Shown one piece after another: positions 1 through 13,085 of a stretch of DNA of 64,000 bases (position 1 is its first letter; every line of letters begins with the position of its first letter). Made by a program: the position numbers and the translations under genes. The notes under the pieces were generated by a model. The model had not been told where the DNA came from and searched no databases. It saw only the letters and a list, made by a program, of their open reading frames with translations. This DNA comes from Eledone cirrhosa (Eukaryota), in NCBI GenBank assembly GCA_964016885.1, contig CAXHJY010001257.1, forward strand, positions 1 through 64,000, given 5' to 3'.

Positions 1-146
1 TGTGTTTGTGGAATGCTCAGCCACTTGCACCTTAAAGTCACAAGCAGGCTGTTCCATTGACTATATCAATTGGAACACTGGTTGCCATAACTGACGGAGA
101 GCTATATATATATATACACACATGTATGTATGTATGTTTGTATATA

Positions 147-219
<73 letters not shown>

Positions 220-286
220 GTATGTATATATATATATATATGTATGTATGTATGTATGTATATATATATGTATGTATGTATGTATG

Positions 287-317
<31 letters not shown>

Positions 318-318
318 G

Positions 319-377
<59 letters not shown>

Positions 378-914
378 GTATATGTGTGTGTGTATATAGC
401 TCTCCGTCAGTTACGGCAACTAGTGTTCCAGTTGATTGTATGTATGTAATATATGTATGTATGTATGTAATATATGTATGTATGTATGTAATATATGTAT
501 GTATGTATATATATATATATGTGTAATATATGTATGTATGTATGTATATATGTATGTATGTATATATATATATATGTGTAATATATGTATGTATGTATGT
601 ATATATGTATGTATGTATATATATATATATGTGTAATATATGTATGTATGTATGTATATATGTGTGTATGTATGTATATATATATATGTGTAATATATGT
701 ATGTATGTATATATGTGTGTATGTATGTATATGTATGTATATATATATAACGAAAACTTGAACCGTGAAGTTCTTGGATATGTCAAAATTTATAAAACAA
801 ACTTTGTATTTTATCATCGTTTAACGTCGATCTTCCAGGCTAGCATGGGTTAACTGGGAATTGTTCCACTTGAGGCACGGTTGATTGGGTGACCTTGTCT
901 CGCTCATATAGGAC

Positions 915-1662
915 TATCTGGCAGGTTTTCTATGGCTGGATGCCCTTCCTAACACCAACCACTTTACAGAGTGTACTGGGTGTATTTATCACGTAAGATC
1001 ACCAACACTAAGGAGGGTGTCGTGTCTTTGACACAACTAAAGGGTCCATTCAACCCTCTGTTTGGCAGGTTTTCTACAGCTGGATGCCCTTCCTAACACC
1101 AACCACTTTACAGAGTGTACTGGGTGTATTTATCACGTAAGATCACCAACACTAAGGAGGGTGTCGTGTCTTTGACACAACTAAAGGGTCCATTCAACCC
1201 TCTGTTTGGCAGGTTTTCTACAGCTGGATGCCCTTCCTAACACCAACCACTTTACAGAGTGTACTGGGTGTATTTATCACGTAAGATCACCAACACTAAG
1301 GAGGGTGTCGTGTCTTTGACACAACTAAAGGGTCCATTCAACCCTCTGTTTGGCAGGTTTTCTACAGCTGGATGCCCTTCCTAACACCAACCACTTTACA
1401 GAGTGTACTGGGTGTATTTATCACGTAAGATCACCAACACTAAGGAGGGTGTTGTCTTTGACACAACTAAAGGGTCCATTCAACCCTCTGTTTGGCAGGT
1501 TTTCTACAGCTGGATGCCCTTCCTAACACCAACCACTTTACAGAGTGTACTGGGTGTATTTATCACGTAAGATCACCAACACTAAGGAGGGTGTCGTGTC
1601 TTTGACACAACTAAAGGGTCCATTCAACCCTCTGTTTGGCAGGTTTTCTACAGCTGGATGCC
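915..1662. repeat. 144-bp tandem repeat (about 5 copies) derived from a family C retroelement body
   Basis: Unit recurs at 1061, 1205, 1349 and onward. Confidence 0.9.
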
Positions 1663-2669
1663 CAGGGAGTGTAACATGAAGTTACTGTAGGTCCACCCAG
1701 GTGAGCACTCGATGTTTAGACTCACGTCAGTAGTAACGAGGTGTAGAGCTAGACAGAGTGTAATATAATAATACAAGGGGGATTTGTTATGCCTTTTGTG
1801 GGGCTGCCGTGAGATAGAGGGGGATTGCAGGAAGAAGGAGGAGGGAGGCGATACGAGGGAGCGGGCAGTGGTCTCTTGTCTGTTGGCACCGTGAGGAGAC
1901 GGGTTGTATGAAGATAGACGCTGGTGGAAGTACCCCACGTGGACGGTAAAACAAGTGATAGAAAGACACAAGTTAAGTCCAAATGCCTCCAGCTACTCCT
2001 TCATTACGTTTATTGATTGGTGATGCGTGTTTCGCTATTGATCAGCCCAAGGTTCGATACAAATCTAAACTTGAGCTGATTAATAGCGAAACGTGTGTCA
2101 CAAATCAATAAACGTAATAATAAAGTAAGGAGTGCGGGACTGCGTACGGTTTATAATTTTTTATCCCATTAGTAAAATAAGTTGGATTACTTTCAATAAA
2201 TAATTGTTTCTACTTTTGGCACAAGGCCAGCAATTACCCAGTACATTACTGGTACTTTATTTTATCGACCCCGTAAGGATGAAAGGCAAAGTTAACCTCG
2301 GCGGGATTTGAACTCAGAATGGCAAGGGCCGTAACAAGGGCCGTCTATGCGTCAAAGCAAGGCGTCCGGCCCTGTTCTGATAGTTGCAATTCACCGCCCA
2401 TAATTTATCTACTAAATTTCGTGGCTGTTGATTAAATATATTTTATTATTTATTTAAAGATTTACTTCTTTAACATTTTCAAATGTCAACACTTCCGGTG
2501 GCGATCGCTTAAATAAACATACATTTTCTGTCACTAATTTTCTCCTAATGCAGTTTATATATAATATCGTCTTTTTAATGTATCATGGATTACTTTACTG
2601 ATTACAGAAGACAGTGTAACACAGTCTCTCTTCAATTTCTGTGTATATTGTCAATTACGATGTTATTTG

Positions 2670-3756
2670 ATGTATCATATCTACATGTATATATACTTGT
2701 GTATAATATCAATATACACACTACACATGTATTATATCTACATGTATATATACTTGTGTATTATATCAATATACACACTACACATGTAACATATCTACAT
2801 GTATATATACTTGTGTATAATATCAATATACACACTACACATGTATCATATCTACATGTATATATACTTGTGTATAATATCAATATACACACTACACATG
2901 TAACATAACTGCATGTATATATACTTGTGTATAATATCAATATACACACTACACATGTAACACATCTACATCTATATATACTTGTGTATAATATCAATAT
3001 ACACACTACACATGTAACATATCTACATGTATATATACTTGTGTATAATATCAATATACATACTACACATGTAACATAACTGCATGTATATATACTTGTG
3101 TATAATATCAATATACACACTGCACATGTATCATATCTACATGTATATATACTTGTGTATAATATCAATATACACACTACACATGAAACATATCTACATG
3201 TATATATACTTGTGTATAATATCAATATACACACTACACCTGTAACATATCTACATGTATATATACTTGTGTATAATATCAATATACACACTACATATGT
3301 ATCATATCTACATGTATATATACCTGTGTATAATATCAATATACACACTACACATGTAACATATCTACATGTATATATACTTGTGTATAATATCAATATA
3401 CACACTACACATGAAACATATCTACATGTATATATACTTGTGTATAATACCAATATACACACTACACATGAAACATATCTACATGTATATATACTTGTGT
3501 ATAATATCAATATACACACTACACATGTAACATATCTACATGTATATATACTTGTGTATAATACCAATATACACACTACACATGTAACATATCTACATGT
3601 ATATATACTTGTGTATAATATCAATATACACACTACACATGTAACATATCTACATGTATATATACTTGTGTATAATACCAATATACACACTACACCTGTA
3701 ACATATCAACATGTATATATACTTGTGTATAATATCAATATACACACTACACATGC
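2670..3756. repeat. 57-bp minisatellite (about 19 copies)
   Basis: acatgtatatatacttgtgtataatatcaatatacacactacacatgtaacatatct. Confidence 0.92.
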
Positions 3757-4003
3757 TAGCAGAAGACCACTCTTCTGCTAGTAAATGTAATAAAGGCATA
3801 ACAAATCGTCCTTGTATTCAGTTCTGTACGATCAAGACACGGTCACCTGACCAATCTGGCCTCAAGTGGACCAATCACATCTGACCCATGCTAACATAGA
3901 AGATAGACGTTTGCTGTTGTTGTTGATGATGATGATGATTGTGTTGAATGTGATAATAACTGTCACCCACCACAACAACAACAACAACATCAATAACATT
4001 TAC

Positions 4004-4134
4004 CAAATTATCCAGCTTCCCAGGGTAAGTAGGTTTGGTTAAACTGCGTCTACCGATCCACATCTTAATCTCGCCATCACTGGAATATGTGTAGCCATTG
4101 AGGTGCGTGCCGTAGCTGGGTATACCAAATATAT
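4004..4134 (-). CDS. Nudix hydrolase YJR142W-like, coding exon 4 (gene continues beyond the left edge)
   Basis: TTTCAG acceptor, then (N)IFGIPSYGTHLNGYTYSSDGEIKMWIGRRSLTKPTYPGKLDNL, then GTAAAT donor. It has the family motifs FG...YG.H.NGY and W..RRS..K.T.PG.LDN. 131 nt, phase 1 to 0. Confidence 0.9.
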
Positions 4135-4227
4135 CTGAAACACATGTATGTGTGTATATATATATATATGTATATATATGAATATATGTAAGTACATATA
4201 TGTATATTATATATATATATATATATA

Positions 4228-4557
4228 TCATCATCATTTTATGTCCACTTTTCCCTGCTTGCAAGGGTGGAACGGGAACTGATTCTGGCTTGATTTCTAA
4301 GCTGGATGCCCTTCCTAACACCAACCTCATTTACAGTGAGTGCTGGGTGCTTTTTTTGCCGTGGCACCTCCACGACTACTTTACAGTGGAATGATAGGGA
4401 CCCCAGTCCTTATCATCTCATTTCTACAGCTGAGTAAACTGGAGCAATGTGAAATAAAGTGTCTTGCTCAAGAAAACAACACATCACCTGGTCTGAGAAT
4501 TGAACTCACAACCTTTCGATTGCAAGGCCAATGCTCTAACCACTAAACCATGGTGCC
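4228..4557 (-). mobile_element. SINE family A
   Basis: Reverse-complement full-length copy. Confidence 0.88.
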
Positions 4558-4574
4558 TATATATATATATATAT

Positions 4575-4712
4575 GTGGTGAGAACAGACCTCAGCTCGCT
4601 GAAGCTCACGGTGGAGATGACGAAGGACCGTGACAAGTGGAGAGATACTGTGCTGAATATGACCCATCCCACCCTTGCAAGCAGGGAAGAGCGGGCGTAA
4701 ATAGATGATGAT
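4575..4712 (+). mobile_element. Very short RTE 3' end
   Basis: VVRTDLSSLKLTVEMTKDRDKWR followed by the shared 3' tail. Confidence 0.8.
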
Positions 4713-4731
4713 TATATATATATATATATAT

Positions 4732-5073
4732 GGAGGCACATGGCTTAGTGGTTAGATCATTGGCCTTGCAATCGAAAGGTTGTGAGTTCAATTCTCAGAC
4801 CGGGTGATGTGTTGTTTCCTTGAGCAAGACACTTTATTTCACATTGCTCCAGTTTACTCAGCTGTAGAAATGAGATGATAGGGACTGGGGGTCCCTATCA
4901 TTCCACTGCAAAGTGGTCGTGGAGGTGCCACGGCAAAAAAGTACCCAGCACTCACTGTAAATGAGGTTGGTGTTAGGAAGGGCATCCAGCTGTAGAAATC
5001 AAGCCAGAATCAGTTCCTGTCCCACCCTTGCAAGCAGGGAAAAGCGGACGTAAAATGATGATGATGATGATGA
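4732..5073 (+). mobile_element. tRNA-derived SINE family A (about 335 bp)
   Basis: A box TGGCTTAGTGG, B box GAGTTCAATTC, CORE-like 'CCTTGAGCAAGACACTT', RTE-like 3' tail and (GAT)n. Confidence 0.88.
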
Positions 5074-5084
5074 TATATATATAT

Positions 5085-5720
5085 ATAAAGTATATATGTA
5101 AGTATGTATATATATATGTATATCTGTAAGTATATATATGTATTTATATATGATTTGTATATATGATATATGTATGTATATAAAGTATATATGAATATAT
5201 GTAAGTATATATGTATATATGATATATGTATGTATATAAAGTATATATGTATATATGTAAGTATATTTGTATATATGATATATGTATGTATATAAAGTAT
5301 ATATGAATATATGTAAGTATATTTGTATATATGATATATGTATGTATAAAAAGTATATATGTATATATGTAAGTATATATGTATATATGATATATGTATG
5401 TATAAAAAGTATATATGTATATATGTAAGTATATTTGTATATATGATATATGTATGTATATAAAGTATATATGAATATATGTAAGTATATATGTATATAT
5501 GATATATGTATGTATATAAAGTATATATGAATATATGTAAGTATATATGTATATATGATATATGTATGTATATAAAGTATATATGTATATATGTAAGTAT
5601 ATTTGTATATATGATATATGTATGTATATAAAGTATATATGTATATATGTAAGTATATTTGTATATATGATATATGTATGTATATAAAGTATATATGTAT
5701 ATATGTAAGTATATATGTAT
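5085..5720. repeat. AT-rich minisatellite of about 56 bp
   Basis: Periodic tataaagtatatatg..tgtaagt..tgatatatg units. Confidence 0.85.
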
Positions 5721-5721
5721 G

Positions 5722-5995
5722 TCAGGGCCTTCTTCTAGGAGAAGGTAACTCAGGAAACTGGGATAACTCCCATATAAAACCTGCAGCTCAGTAGTTACAG
5801 ATGATGTTGATCTTTTCTTCTTTTCAGGTTATAGCTACTGTCTCTCAGAGAGTGGGATTGGCTCAGTGCACAGTCTTTCCTCACTTTAAAACATATCTTC
5901 ACGCACAGGCATTGCACGATAGAATTAATTGATAATTATTAATAATGGTATATCGTGCAATGGCCACACTCGATAACGAGGGGGCAGTCATCATG
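5722..5995 (+). mobile_element. Interspersed repeat (longer copy at 35298-35650), probably a SINE or non-autonomous retroelement
   Basis: Two near-identical dispersed copies, with the internal hairpin ATTGCACGATA...TATCGTGCAAT and a CATCAT end. Confidence 0.65.
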
Positions 5996-6137
5996 TATAT
6001 ATGTATGTATGTAAATATCATCTTGGTTAAGAGAGTGGGACTGGCTTTGTGCAGTGCCTTTGCTCACTATAAAAGCTTCACGGCACAGGCATTGCTTTAT
6101 ATCTGGAGATCTCTCTGCACTTGTCCTCACATGGTAC

Positions 6138-6310
6138 CATGGGCCCAGCACTATGTGTCAATAATTGTCACAAGTGTAGTGTTTGTACCAGAGTTTTCAA
6201 GTCGCTGGCTGGACTAAAAAGTCACACTCGTTCAGCGCATCGGTAGGGGCTCTCCTACATGGATATAAAGTAGTGGCCGTACTCGAAAACGAGTTGGCAG
6301 CTACCAATCA
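6138..6310 (+). mobile_element. LINE 3'-end fragment with a C2H2-like knuckle; second copy at 53862-54030
   Basis: [20 protein letters not shown] occurs in two near-identical dispersed copies, resembling the C-terminal zinc finger of RTE/BovB-like ORFs. Confidence 0.6.
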
Positions 6311-6636
6311 TCTGGCAGGAAGGTATACGTTGCTGACGATAGCTAATAAGCTTGAAACTAGTGCAGCGTTCCTTTGTCAGTGTTGAACAAACGAGCAACG
6401 ATGGTTGCTAGACACTACGGCTTAATACGGGATGTTTGTTTACAGACACACCGAGCATTATAATAAATGTTCGGTGAATCCATACGTGCATATATATATG
6501 TGTGCATGTATGTATATATATATATACATACTACTGTACGTCTGTATACATATATGTATGTACGTGTACATACTTATATTTAAGTAACAGTCGTACTAAG
6601 AGTGGGAAATGAAATTTCGTTTCATCTTTTCCGTTT

Positions 6637-7050
6637 AGGATATGCGACGACTGGAGAGAAATGAGGCAAGCATGCTCCGTTGGATGTGCAGTGTAAATGT
6701 GCGTGAACGACCCAGCATAAATGTGTTGAGAGAGAAACTGTGTCTGAGAGGGATAGAATGTAGTGTACGGGAGAGGAGACTGAGGTGGTATGGACAGGTG
6801 ATGCGCATGGAGGATGACCGATGGGTGAAGAAGTGCCAGGAAATGCCAGTTGAAGGAAGACGTGGTAGAGGTAGACCACGAAAAAATTGGGCAGAGGTGG
6901 TGAGAACAGACCTCAGATCATTGAAGCTCACGGTGGAGATGACGAAGGACCGTGACGAGTGGAGAGATGCTGTGCTGAATAAGACCCGTCCCACCCTTGC
7001 AAGCAGGGAAAAGCGGACGTAAAATGATGATGATGATGATGATGATGATT
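6637..7050 (+). mobile_element. 5'-truncated RTE LINE 3' end
   Basis: MRRLERNEASMLRWMC...RRLRWYGQV...GRRGRGRPRKNW, then a (GAT)n tail. Confidence 0.9.
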
Positions 7051-7924
7051 ATATATATATATATATATACATGTATTCCTCAATAGGCAATGATCAAAAA
7101 GACCCTCTTGCATCGCACAGACAGACACACACATATATACACAGACACACATATACACACAGACACATACATATATACACAGACACATACATATATACAC
7201 AGACACATACATATATACACAGACACATACATATATACACACACACACACACATATATACACAGACACACACATATACACACAGACACACACATATATAC
7301 ACACACACACACATATATACACAGACACACACATATATACACAGACACACACATATACACACAGACACACACATATACACACAGACACATACATATATAC
7401 ACAGACACATACATATATACACACAGACACACACATATATACACAGACACACACATATACACACAGACACACACATATATACACAGACACACATATACAC
7501 ACAGACACATACATATATACACACAGACACACACATATATACACACACACACACACACACATATATACACAGACACACATATACACACAGACACACACAT
7601 ATATACACACACACACACACATACACACAGACACACACATATATACACAGACACACACATATATACACAGACACACACATATATACACAGACACACACAT
7701 ATATACACAGACACACACATATACACACAGACACACACATATACACACAGACACACACATATATACACAGACACACACATATATACACAGACACACACAT
7801 ATATACACAGACACACACATATATACACATACACACACATATACACAGACACACACACACATATATACACACACATATATACACACAGACACACACATAT
7901 ATACACACAGACACACACATATAT

Positions 7925-7960
<36 letters not shown>

Positions 7961-8085
7961 CACCACCACCACCACCACCACCACCACCACCATGTAATTA
8001 GTGTAATTGATGCTTGCTGGGCAGTTGATATGCTAAGTAAGGGTGGTGGTGGGGGGAAGTTCATATTTGTGGCTGGGGTGGGGGG

Positions 8086-8118
<33 letters not shown>

Positions 8119-8480
8119 AAGTTCATATTTGTGTGTGTGTGGGGGTGGGGGGTGGGGGTGATAATGTGGATGTGGTGATGGTGGGGGTGATAGTGGTGGT
8201 GATGGTGGTGGTGGTGGTGGTGGAAGTTCATGTTTGTGGGGGGAGGTGGTTGATGATGACAATGGGGGTGATGGTGGTGGTGGTGATGGTGCTGATGGTG
8301 ATGATAATTTTGGTGATGGAGATGGTGGTAGTGATAATAGCAATGAAGGTGGTGGTGGTGGTGATGGGGATAATTGTGGTGATGGGGGTGGTGATAGCAA
8401 TCATGGTAAATATATAATTAATAATAAAGTAATTAACAAATTAATTAATTAATTATTAATTAAAATAATGGTAATCTTAC

Positions 8481-8544
8481 TAATGGCAGCTCTTTCTATA
8501 TTCATCAATGTTGGACTGGTGTAGGATGTCTTCACAGCATATTC
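8481..8544 (-). CDS. Nudix hydrolase YJR142W-like, coding exon 3
   Basis: TTTTTCAG acceptor, then EYAVKTSYTSPTLMNIERAAI+A, then GTAAG donor. It completes WRDE|EYAV and carries the family 'IERAA' motif. 64 nt, phase 0 to 1. It is too short for the ORF track. Confidence 0.85.
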
Positions 8545-8597
8545 CTGAAAAAGAAGATATACACTGCACTCCTGGCATTTGTGGTCCCCACATTCAT

Positions 8598-8820
8598 GGC
8601 CCCAGTTATTTGAGGTCCCAGTTATTCGAGGTCCCAGTTATTTGAGGTCCCAGTTATTCGAGATCCCAGTTATTCGAGGTCCCAGTTATTCGAGATCCCA
8701 GTTATTCGAGATCCCAGTTATTCGAGGTCCCAGTTATTTGAGGTCCCAGTTATTTGAGGTCCCAGTTATTTGAGGTCCCAGTTATTCGAGGTCCCAGTTA
8801 TTTGAGGTCCCAGTTATTCG
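8598..8820. repeat. 16-bp tandem repeat (about 14 copies)
   Basis: GAGGTCCCAGTTATTY. Confidence 0.92.
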
Positions 8821-9017
8821 CGGAATTTTTCTTAGGTTTGGTGACCTTGGATGACCGCAGGTCACCTTACCTGTTAGAAATGGTAGCCTTGGCTTCCCGT
8901 CCCTAGTCTTGCTGACGTTTCTTTTGTCGGTAACCTCTTGCTGTGTCCTCATCAACAAGGTTCTCCAAAACACTATGGAAACTACTGTGATTGAGGAACG
9001 TAAAGCTGACTACGAGA

Positions 9018-10833
9018 AAATATAATAGTATATATAGAGTAATGTAAATGTTCTGTGAGGTAAAGCCTTTACTGTGAAAATACAATAGTATATAGAGAGT
9101 AATGTAAATGTTATGTGAGATATTATGTGAGGTAAAGCCTTTACTGTGAAAATACAATAGTATATATAGAGTAATGTAAATGTTATGTGAGATATTATGT
9201 GAGGTAAAGCCTTTACTGTGACAATACACTAGTATATATAGAGTAATGTAAATGTTATGTGAGATATTATGTGAGGTAAAGCCTTTACTGTGAAAATACA
9301 ATAGTATATATAGAGTAGTGTAAATGTTATATGAGATATTATGTGAGGTAAAGCCTTTACTGTGACAATACAATAGTATATATAGAGTAATGTAAATGTT
9401 ATGTGAGATATGAGGTAAAGCCTTTACTGTGAAAATACAATAGTATATATAGAGTAATGTAAATGTTATATGAGATATTATGTGAGGTAAAGCCTTTACT
9501 GTGACAATACAATAGTATATATAGAGTAATGTAAATGTTATGTGAGATATTATGTGAGGTAAAGCCTTTACTGTGAAAATACAATAGTATATATAGAGTA
9601 ATGTAAATGTTATGTGAGATATTATGTCAGGTAAGGCCTTTACTGTGAAAATACAATAGTATATATAGAGTAATGTAAACGTTATGTGAGATATTATGTG
9701 AGGTAAAGCCTTTACTGTGAAAATACAATAGTATATATAGAGTAATGTAAATGTTATGTGAGATATTATGTGAGGTAAAGCCTTTACTGTGAAAATACAA
9801 TAGTATATATAGAGTAATGTAAATGTTATGTGAGATATTATGTGAGGTAAAGCCTTTACTGTGAAAATACAATAGTATATATAGAGTAATGTAAATGTTA
9901 TATGAGATATTATGTGAGGTAAAGCCTTTACTGTGACAATACAATAGTATATATAGAGTAATGTAAATGTTATGTGAGATATTATGTGAGGTAAAGCCTT
10001 TACTGTGAAAATACAATAGTATATATAGAGTAATGTAAATGTTATGTGAGATATTATGTCAGGTAAGGCCTTTACTGTGAAAATACAATAGTATATATAG
10101 AGTAATGTAAATGTTATGTGAGGTATTATGTGAGGTAAAGCCTTTACTGTGAAAATACAATAGTATATATAGAGTAATGTAAATGTTATGTGAGATATTA
10201 TGTGAGGTAAAGTCTTTACTGTGAAAATACAATAGTATATATAGAGTAATGTAAATGTTATGTGAGATATTATGTGAGGTAAAGCCTTTACTGTGAAAAT
10301 ACAATAGTATATATAGAGTAATGTAAATGTTATGTGAGATATTATGTGAGGTAAAGCCTTTACTGTGAAAATACAATAGTATATATAGAGTAATGTAAAT
10401 GTTATGTGAGATATTATGTGAGGTAAAGCCTTTACTGTGAAAATACAATAGTATATATAGAGTAATGTAAATGTTATGTGAGATATTATGTGAGGTAAAG
10501 CCTTTACTGTGAAAATACAATAGTATATATAGAGTAATGTAAATGTTATGTGAGATATTATGTGAGGTAAAGCCTTTACTGTGAAAATACAATAGTATAT
10601 ATAGAGTAATGTAAATGTTATGTGAGATATTATGTGAGGTAAAGCCTTTACTGTGAAAATACAATAGTATATATAGAGTAATGTAAATGTTATGTGAGAT
10701 ATTATGTGAGGTAAAGCCTTTACTGTGAAAATACAATAGTATATATAGAGTAATGTAAATGTTATGTGAGATATTATGTGAGGTAAAGCCTTTACTGTGA
10801 AAATACAATAGTATATATAGAGTAATGTAAATG
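9018..10833. repeat. 72-bp minisatellite (about 25 copies) in Nudix intron 2
   Basis: gaggtaaagcctttactgtgaaaatacaatagtatatatagagtaatgtaaatgttatgtgagatattatgt. Confidence 0.93.
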
Positions 10834-10911
10834 CTAAGGGGGGAAACACACCACACAGTGCCACCTTCCCACCAAATCCCGGAATCAAACCTAAACTTAT
10901 TCCTTACTTAC

Positions 10912-11165
10912 CTCATCTCTCCATCCTTCCAGTTTCCTAAAGACCTCCTTTTCCCGAAGGTCCCTGAGGACTTCTGCAACCTTTTGACTGCGTTCCTCCA
11001 CTGTGGGGAACTTGTGAAGGTGAATAGAGTCCCCACATGTTCCCACTGCTGGTTCCTTGTAGAAGACATTGGAGTAGGTCTTCAACTTGTCCCAGAATTT
11101 CCTTGGTATCAAACCAACCTGGGATCCTTCAATGATAAATGGCAGGCAGTCACTCAGAAGAATGT
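10912..11165 (-). CDS. Nudix hydrolase YJR142W-like, coding exon 2 (DUF4743-like N-terminal region)
   Basis: Polypyrimidine tract plus CAG acceptor and GTAAGT donor. Peptide ILLSDCLPFIIEGSQVGLIPRKFW...EERSQKVAEVLRDLREKEVFRKLEGWRDE has the 'PF.I.G..VG.I' and 'GWR.E' pattern of this family. 254 nt, phase 1 to 0. Confidence 0.88.
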
Positions 11166-11200
11166 CTGAAATAGAAAAAAGCAATTCTAGATGGAACTAT

Positions 11201-11249
<49 letters not shown>

Positions 11250-11253
11250 CATC

Positions 11254-11589
11254 GGAGGCACATGGCTTAGTGGTTAAAGCATTGGCCTTGCAATCGAAAG
11301 GTTGTGAGTTCAATTCTCAGACCGGGTGATGTGTTGTTTCCTTGAGCAAGACACTTTATTTCACATTGCTCCAGTTTACTCAGCTGTAGAAATGAGATGA
11401 TAGGGACTGGGGTCCCTATCATTCCACTGCAAAGTGGTCGTGGAGGTGCCACGGCAAAAAAAGCACCCAGCACTCACTGTAAATGAGGTTGGTGTTAGGA
11501 AGGGCATCCAGCTGTAGAAATCAAGCCAGAATCAGTTCCCGTCCCACCCTTGCAAGCAGGGAAAAGCGGACATAAAATGATGATGATGA

Positions 11590-11593
<4 letters not shown>
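11254..11593 (+). mobile_element. SINE family A
   Basis: Full-length copy in (TA)n. Confidence 0.88.
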
Positions 11594-11622
<29 letters not shown>

Positions 11623-11625
<3 letters not shown>

Positions 11626-11877
11626 TCGTGTAGGTGTCACGACAAAAAAAAAACACAGTCCACGCTGTAATGTGGCCGTGTAGGCAACACGGTAAAAACC
11701 TCCCAGCCCCATGCTGTAAATGTGGTTGGTGTTAGGAAGGGCATCCAGCTGTAGAAAACCCTCCAGACAGTCCTATACGAGTGAGACAACCACTCTTGCC
11801 TCAAGTGGGAAAACTCCCGTCCAAACCCATGCAAGCGTGGAACATGGACGTTAAACGATGATGATGATGATGATGAT
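11623..11877 (+). mobile_element. RTE-related non-autonomous family C (copies at 33222-33600 -, 56554-56815 -, related 815-1662 -)
   Basis: Shares the 'GGTTGGTGTTAGGAAGGGCATCCAGCTGTAGAAA' block with SINE A and ends CATGGACGTTAAAC(GAT)n. Confidence 0.78.
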
Positions 11878-11882
11878 ATATA

Positions 11883-12185
11883 TATTATTAAGAATATTAA
11901 TAAATGAAGACATTCACATAATCAAAATATATGTTTTATTATATATATTTCGAAGGTACTGTGCTGTTTTTTCAGTACGTCCTCGTCAGATAAAATAGAT
12001 GGATTGATGTATGACTTACCTCAACTGTCTTGATGGTTCAATTCCAGAATTGAACCATCAAGACTTTTGAGGTATGTCATACATCAATTCATGTATTTTA
12101 TCTGACGAGGACGTTCATTTATTAATATTCTGAATAATATTAATAACTCCAGAAAACTTTTTGTAGAGTGCTTTTAATCTATTGT
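11883..12185 (+). mobile_element. Fold-back hammerhead element (Penelope-like pLTR derivative)
   Basis: Inverted arms centred near 12046, a hammerhead in the left arm and a 3' tail motif at 12146-12169, with AT-rich/(TA)n flanks. Confidence 0.7.
11934..11996 (-). ncRNA. Type I hammerhead ribozyme
   Basis: UUUUAU-CUGACGA-[GGACGUACUG...CAGUACCUUC]-GAA-AUAUAUAU-A-AUAAAA. It has stem I, stem II, a palindromic stem III and an AUA cleavage triplet. Confidence 0.8.
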
Positions 12186-12320
12186 AAAACTATATTCATT
12201 GAGTAATCAATGAACCATATTAATCTTTGGTTATATATATATATATATATATATACATTTGATGGCATGATATGAAGCTTAAAAAAGATACTTGTGAGCA
12301 AGGTAGTGTCTAAACAACAC

Positions 12321-12344
<24 letters not shown>

Positions 12345-12351
<7 letters not shown>

Positions 12352-12725
12352 TAAAATATAAAACAATCAAATCTTAGTTTAATACATTTAATTGCTGACA
12401 ATTGCTCCTTATACTGTGATTTCTGTAACATAACATCCTTTTGTCACTCCTGCTTTTCAATATGATGTCACTGACACTGTCAATAGTTATGTATCTATAT
12501 CAATGTTCTGAAGACTAGGAGTTTAATCACCTGTTTAAACATTATGTATGGTCTGATGATTCCAGACATTCATCTGGAAGAAACAATTGTCAGCAATTAA
12601 ATGTATTAAACTAACATTTGATTATTTTATATTTTGTATCTCGGCTCTGTAACACATTTGATAATTTACATTGAGCCTTTTCTCATACTAGTAATTGGCT
12701 ACTGCTTAGTACTACCCTCCATATT
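12345..12725 (+). mobile_element. Fold-back hammerhead element
   Basis: Arms about 12350-12404 and 12584-12635, hammerhead at 12549, tail motif at 12643-12677, (TA)n on the left. Confidence 0.7.
12549..12595 (+). ncRNA. Type I hammerhead ribozyme (stem I has a mismatch)
   Basis: UGGU-CUGAUGA-[UUCCAGA cauuca UCUGGAA]-GAA-ACAAUUGU-C-AGCA. Perfect 7-bp stem II, palindromic stem III, GUC triplet. Confidence 0.78.
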
Positions 12726-12764
12726 TATAATTATATATAAACCATTTATAAGTATAAACATTAT

Positions 12765-13085
12765 TTGGCAGTATCGGTAGAGGGTCGGACACCATGCTTT
12801 GACGCATAGAGTTACGGCCCTTGCTATTCTGAGTTCAAATCCCGCCGAGGTTAACTTTGCCTTTCATACTTACGGGGTCGATAAAATAAAGTACCAGTAA
12901 TGCACTGACGTTGATGAAATAAAGTACCAGTAATGCACTGGGGTTGATGAAATAAAGTACCAGTAATGCACTGGGGTTGATGAAATAAAGTACCAGTAAT
13001 GCATTGGGGTTGATGAAATAAAGTACCAGTAATGCACTGGGTAACTGCTGGCCTTGTGCCAATAGTAGAAACAATTATTATTATT
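12765..13085 (+). mobile_element. tRNA-derived SINE family B (copies also at 2202-2399 -, 16422-16610 -, 54722-54896 +, 56210-56280 +, 57340-57535 +, 57538-57805 +)
   Basis: TTGGCAGTATCGG head, GAGTTCAAATCCC B box, 'GGGGTCGATAAAATAAAGTACCAG' body and (ATT)n tail. This copy has a 33-bp internal tandem repeat. Confidence 0.82.

Noticed and set aside
2490-2510. ACTTCCGGTGGCGA ETS-like motif (similar inverse at about 53320)
   Set aside because: It is a short isolated motif within introns, with no other promoter evidence.
4732-4805. tRNA gene
   Set aside because: The A and B boxes belong to the head of a multi-copy SINE, with no complete cloverleaf or terminator.
8925-8962. Hammerhead-like UUGAUGA...GAAACGUC on the minus strand
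   Set aside because: The core C3 is mutated, stem II does not pair and stem I is out of register. At most a decayed relic.
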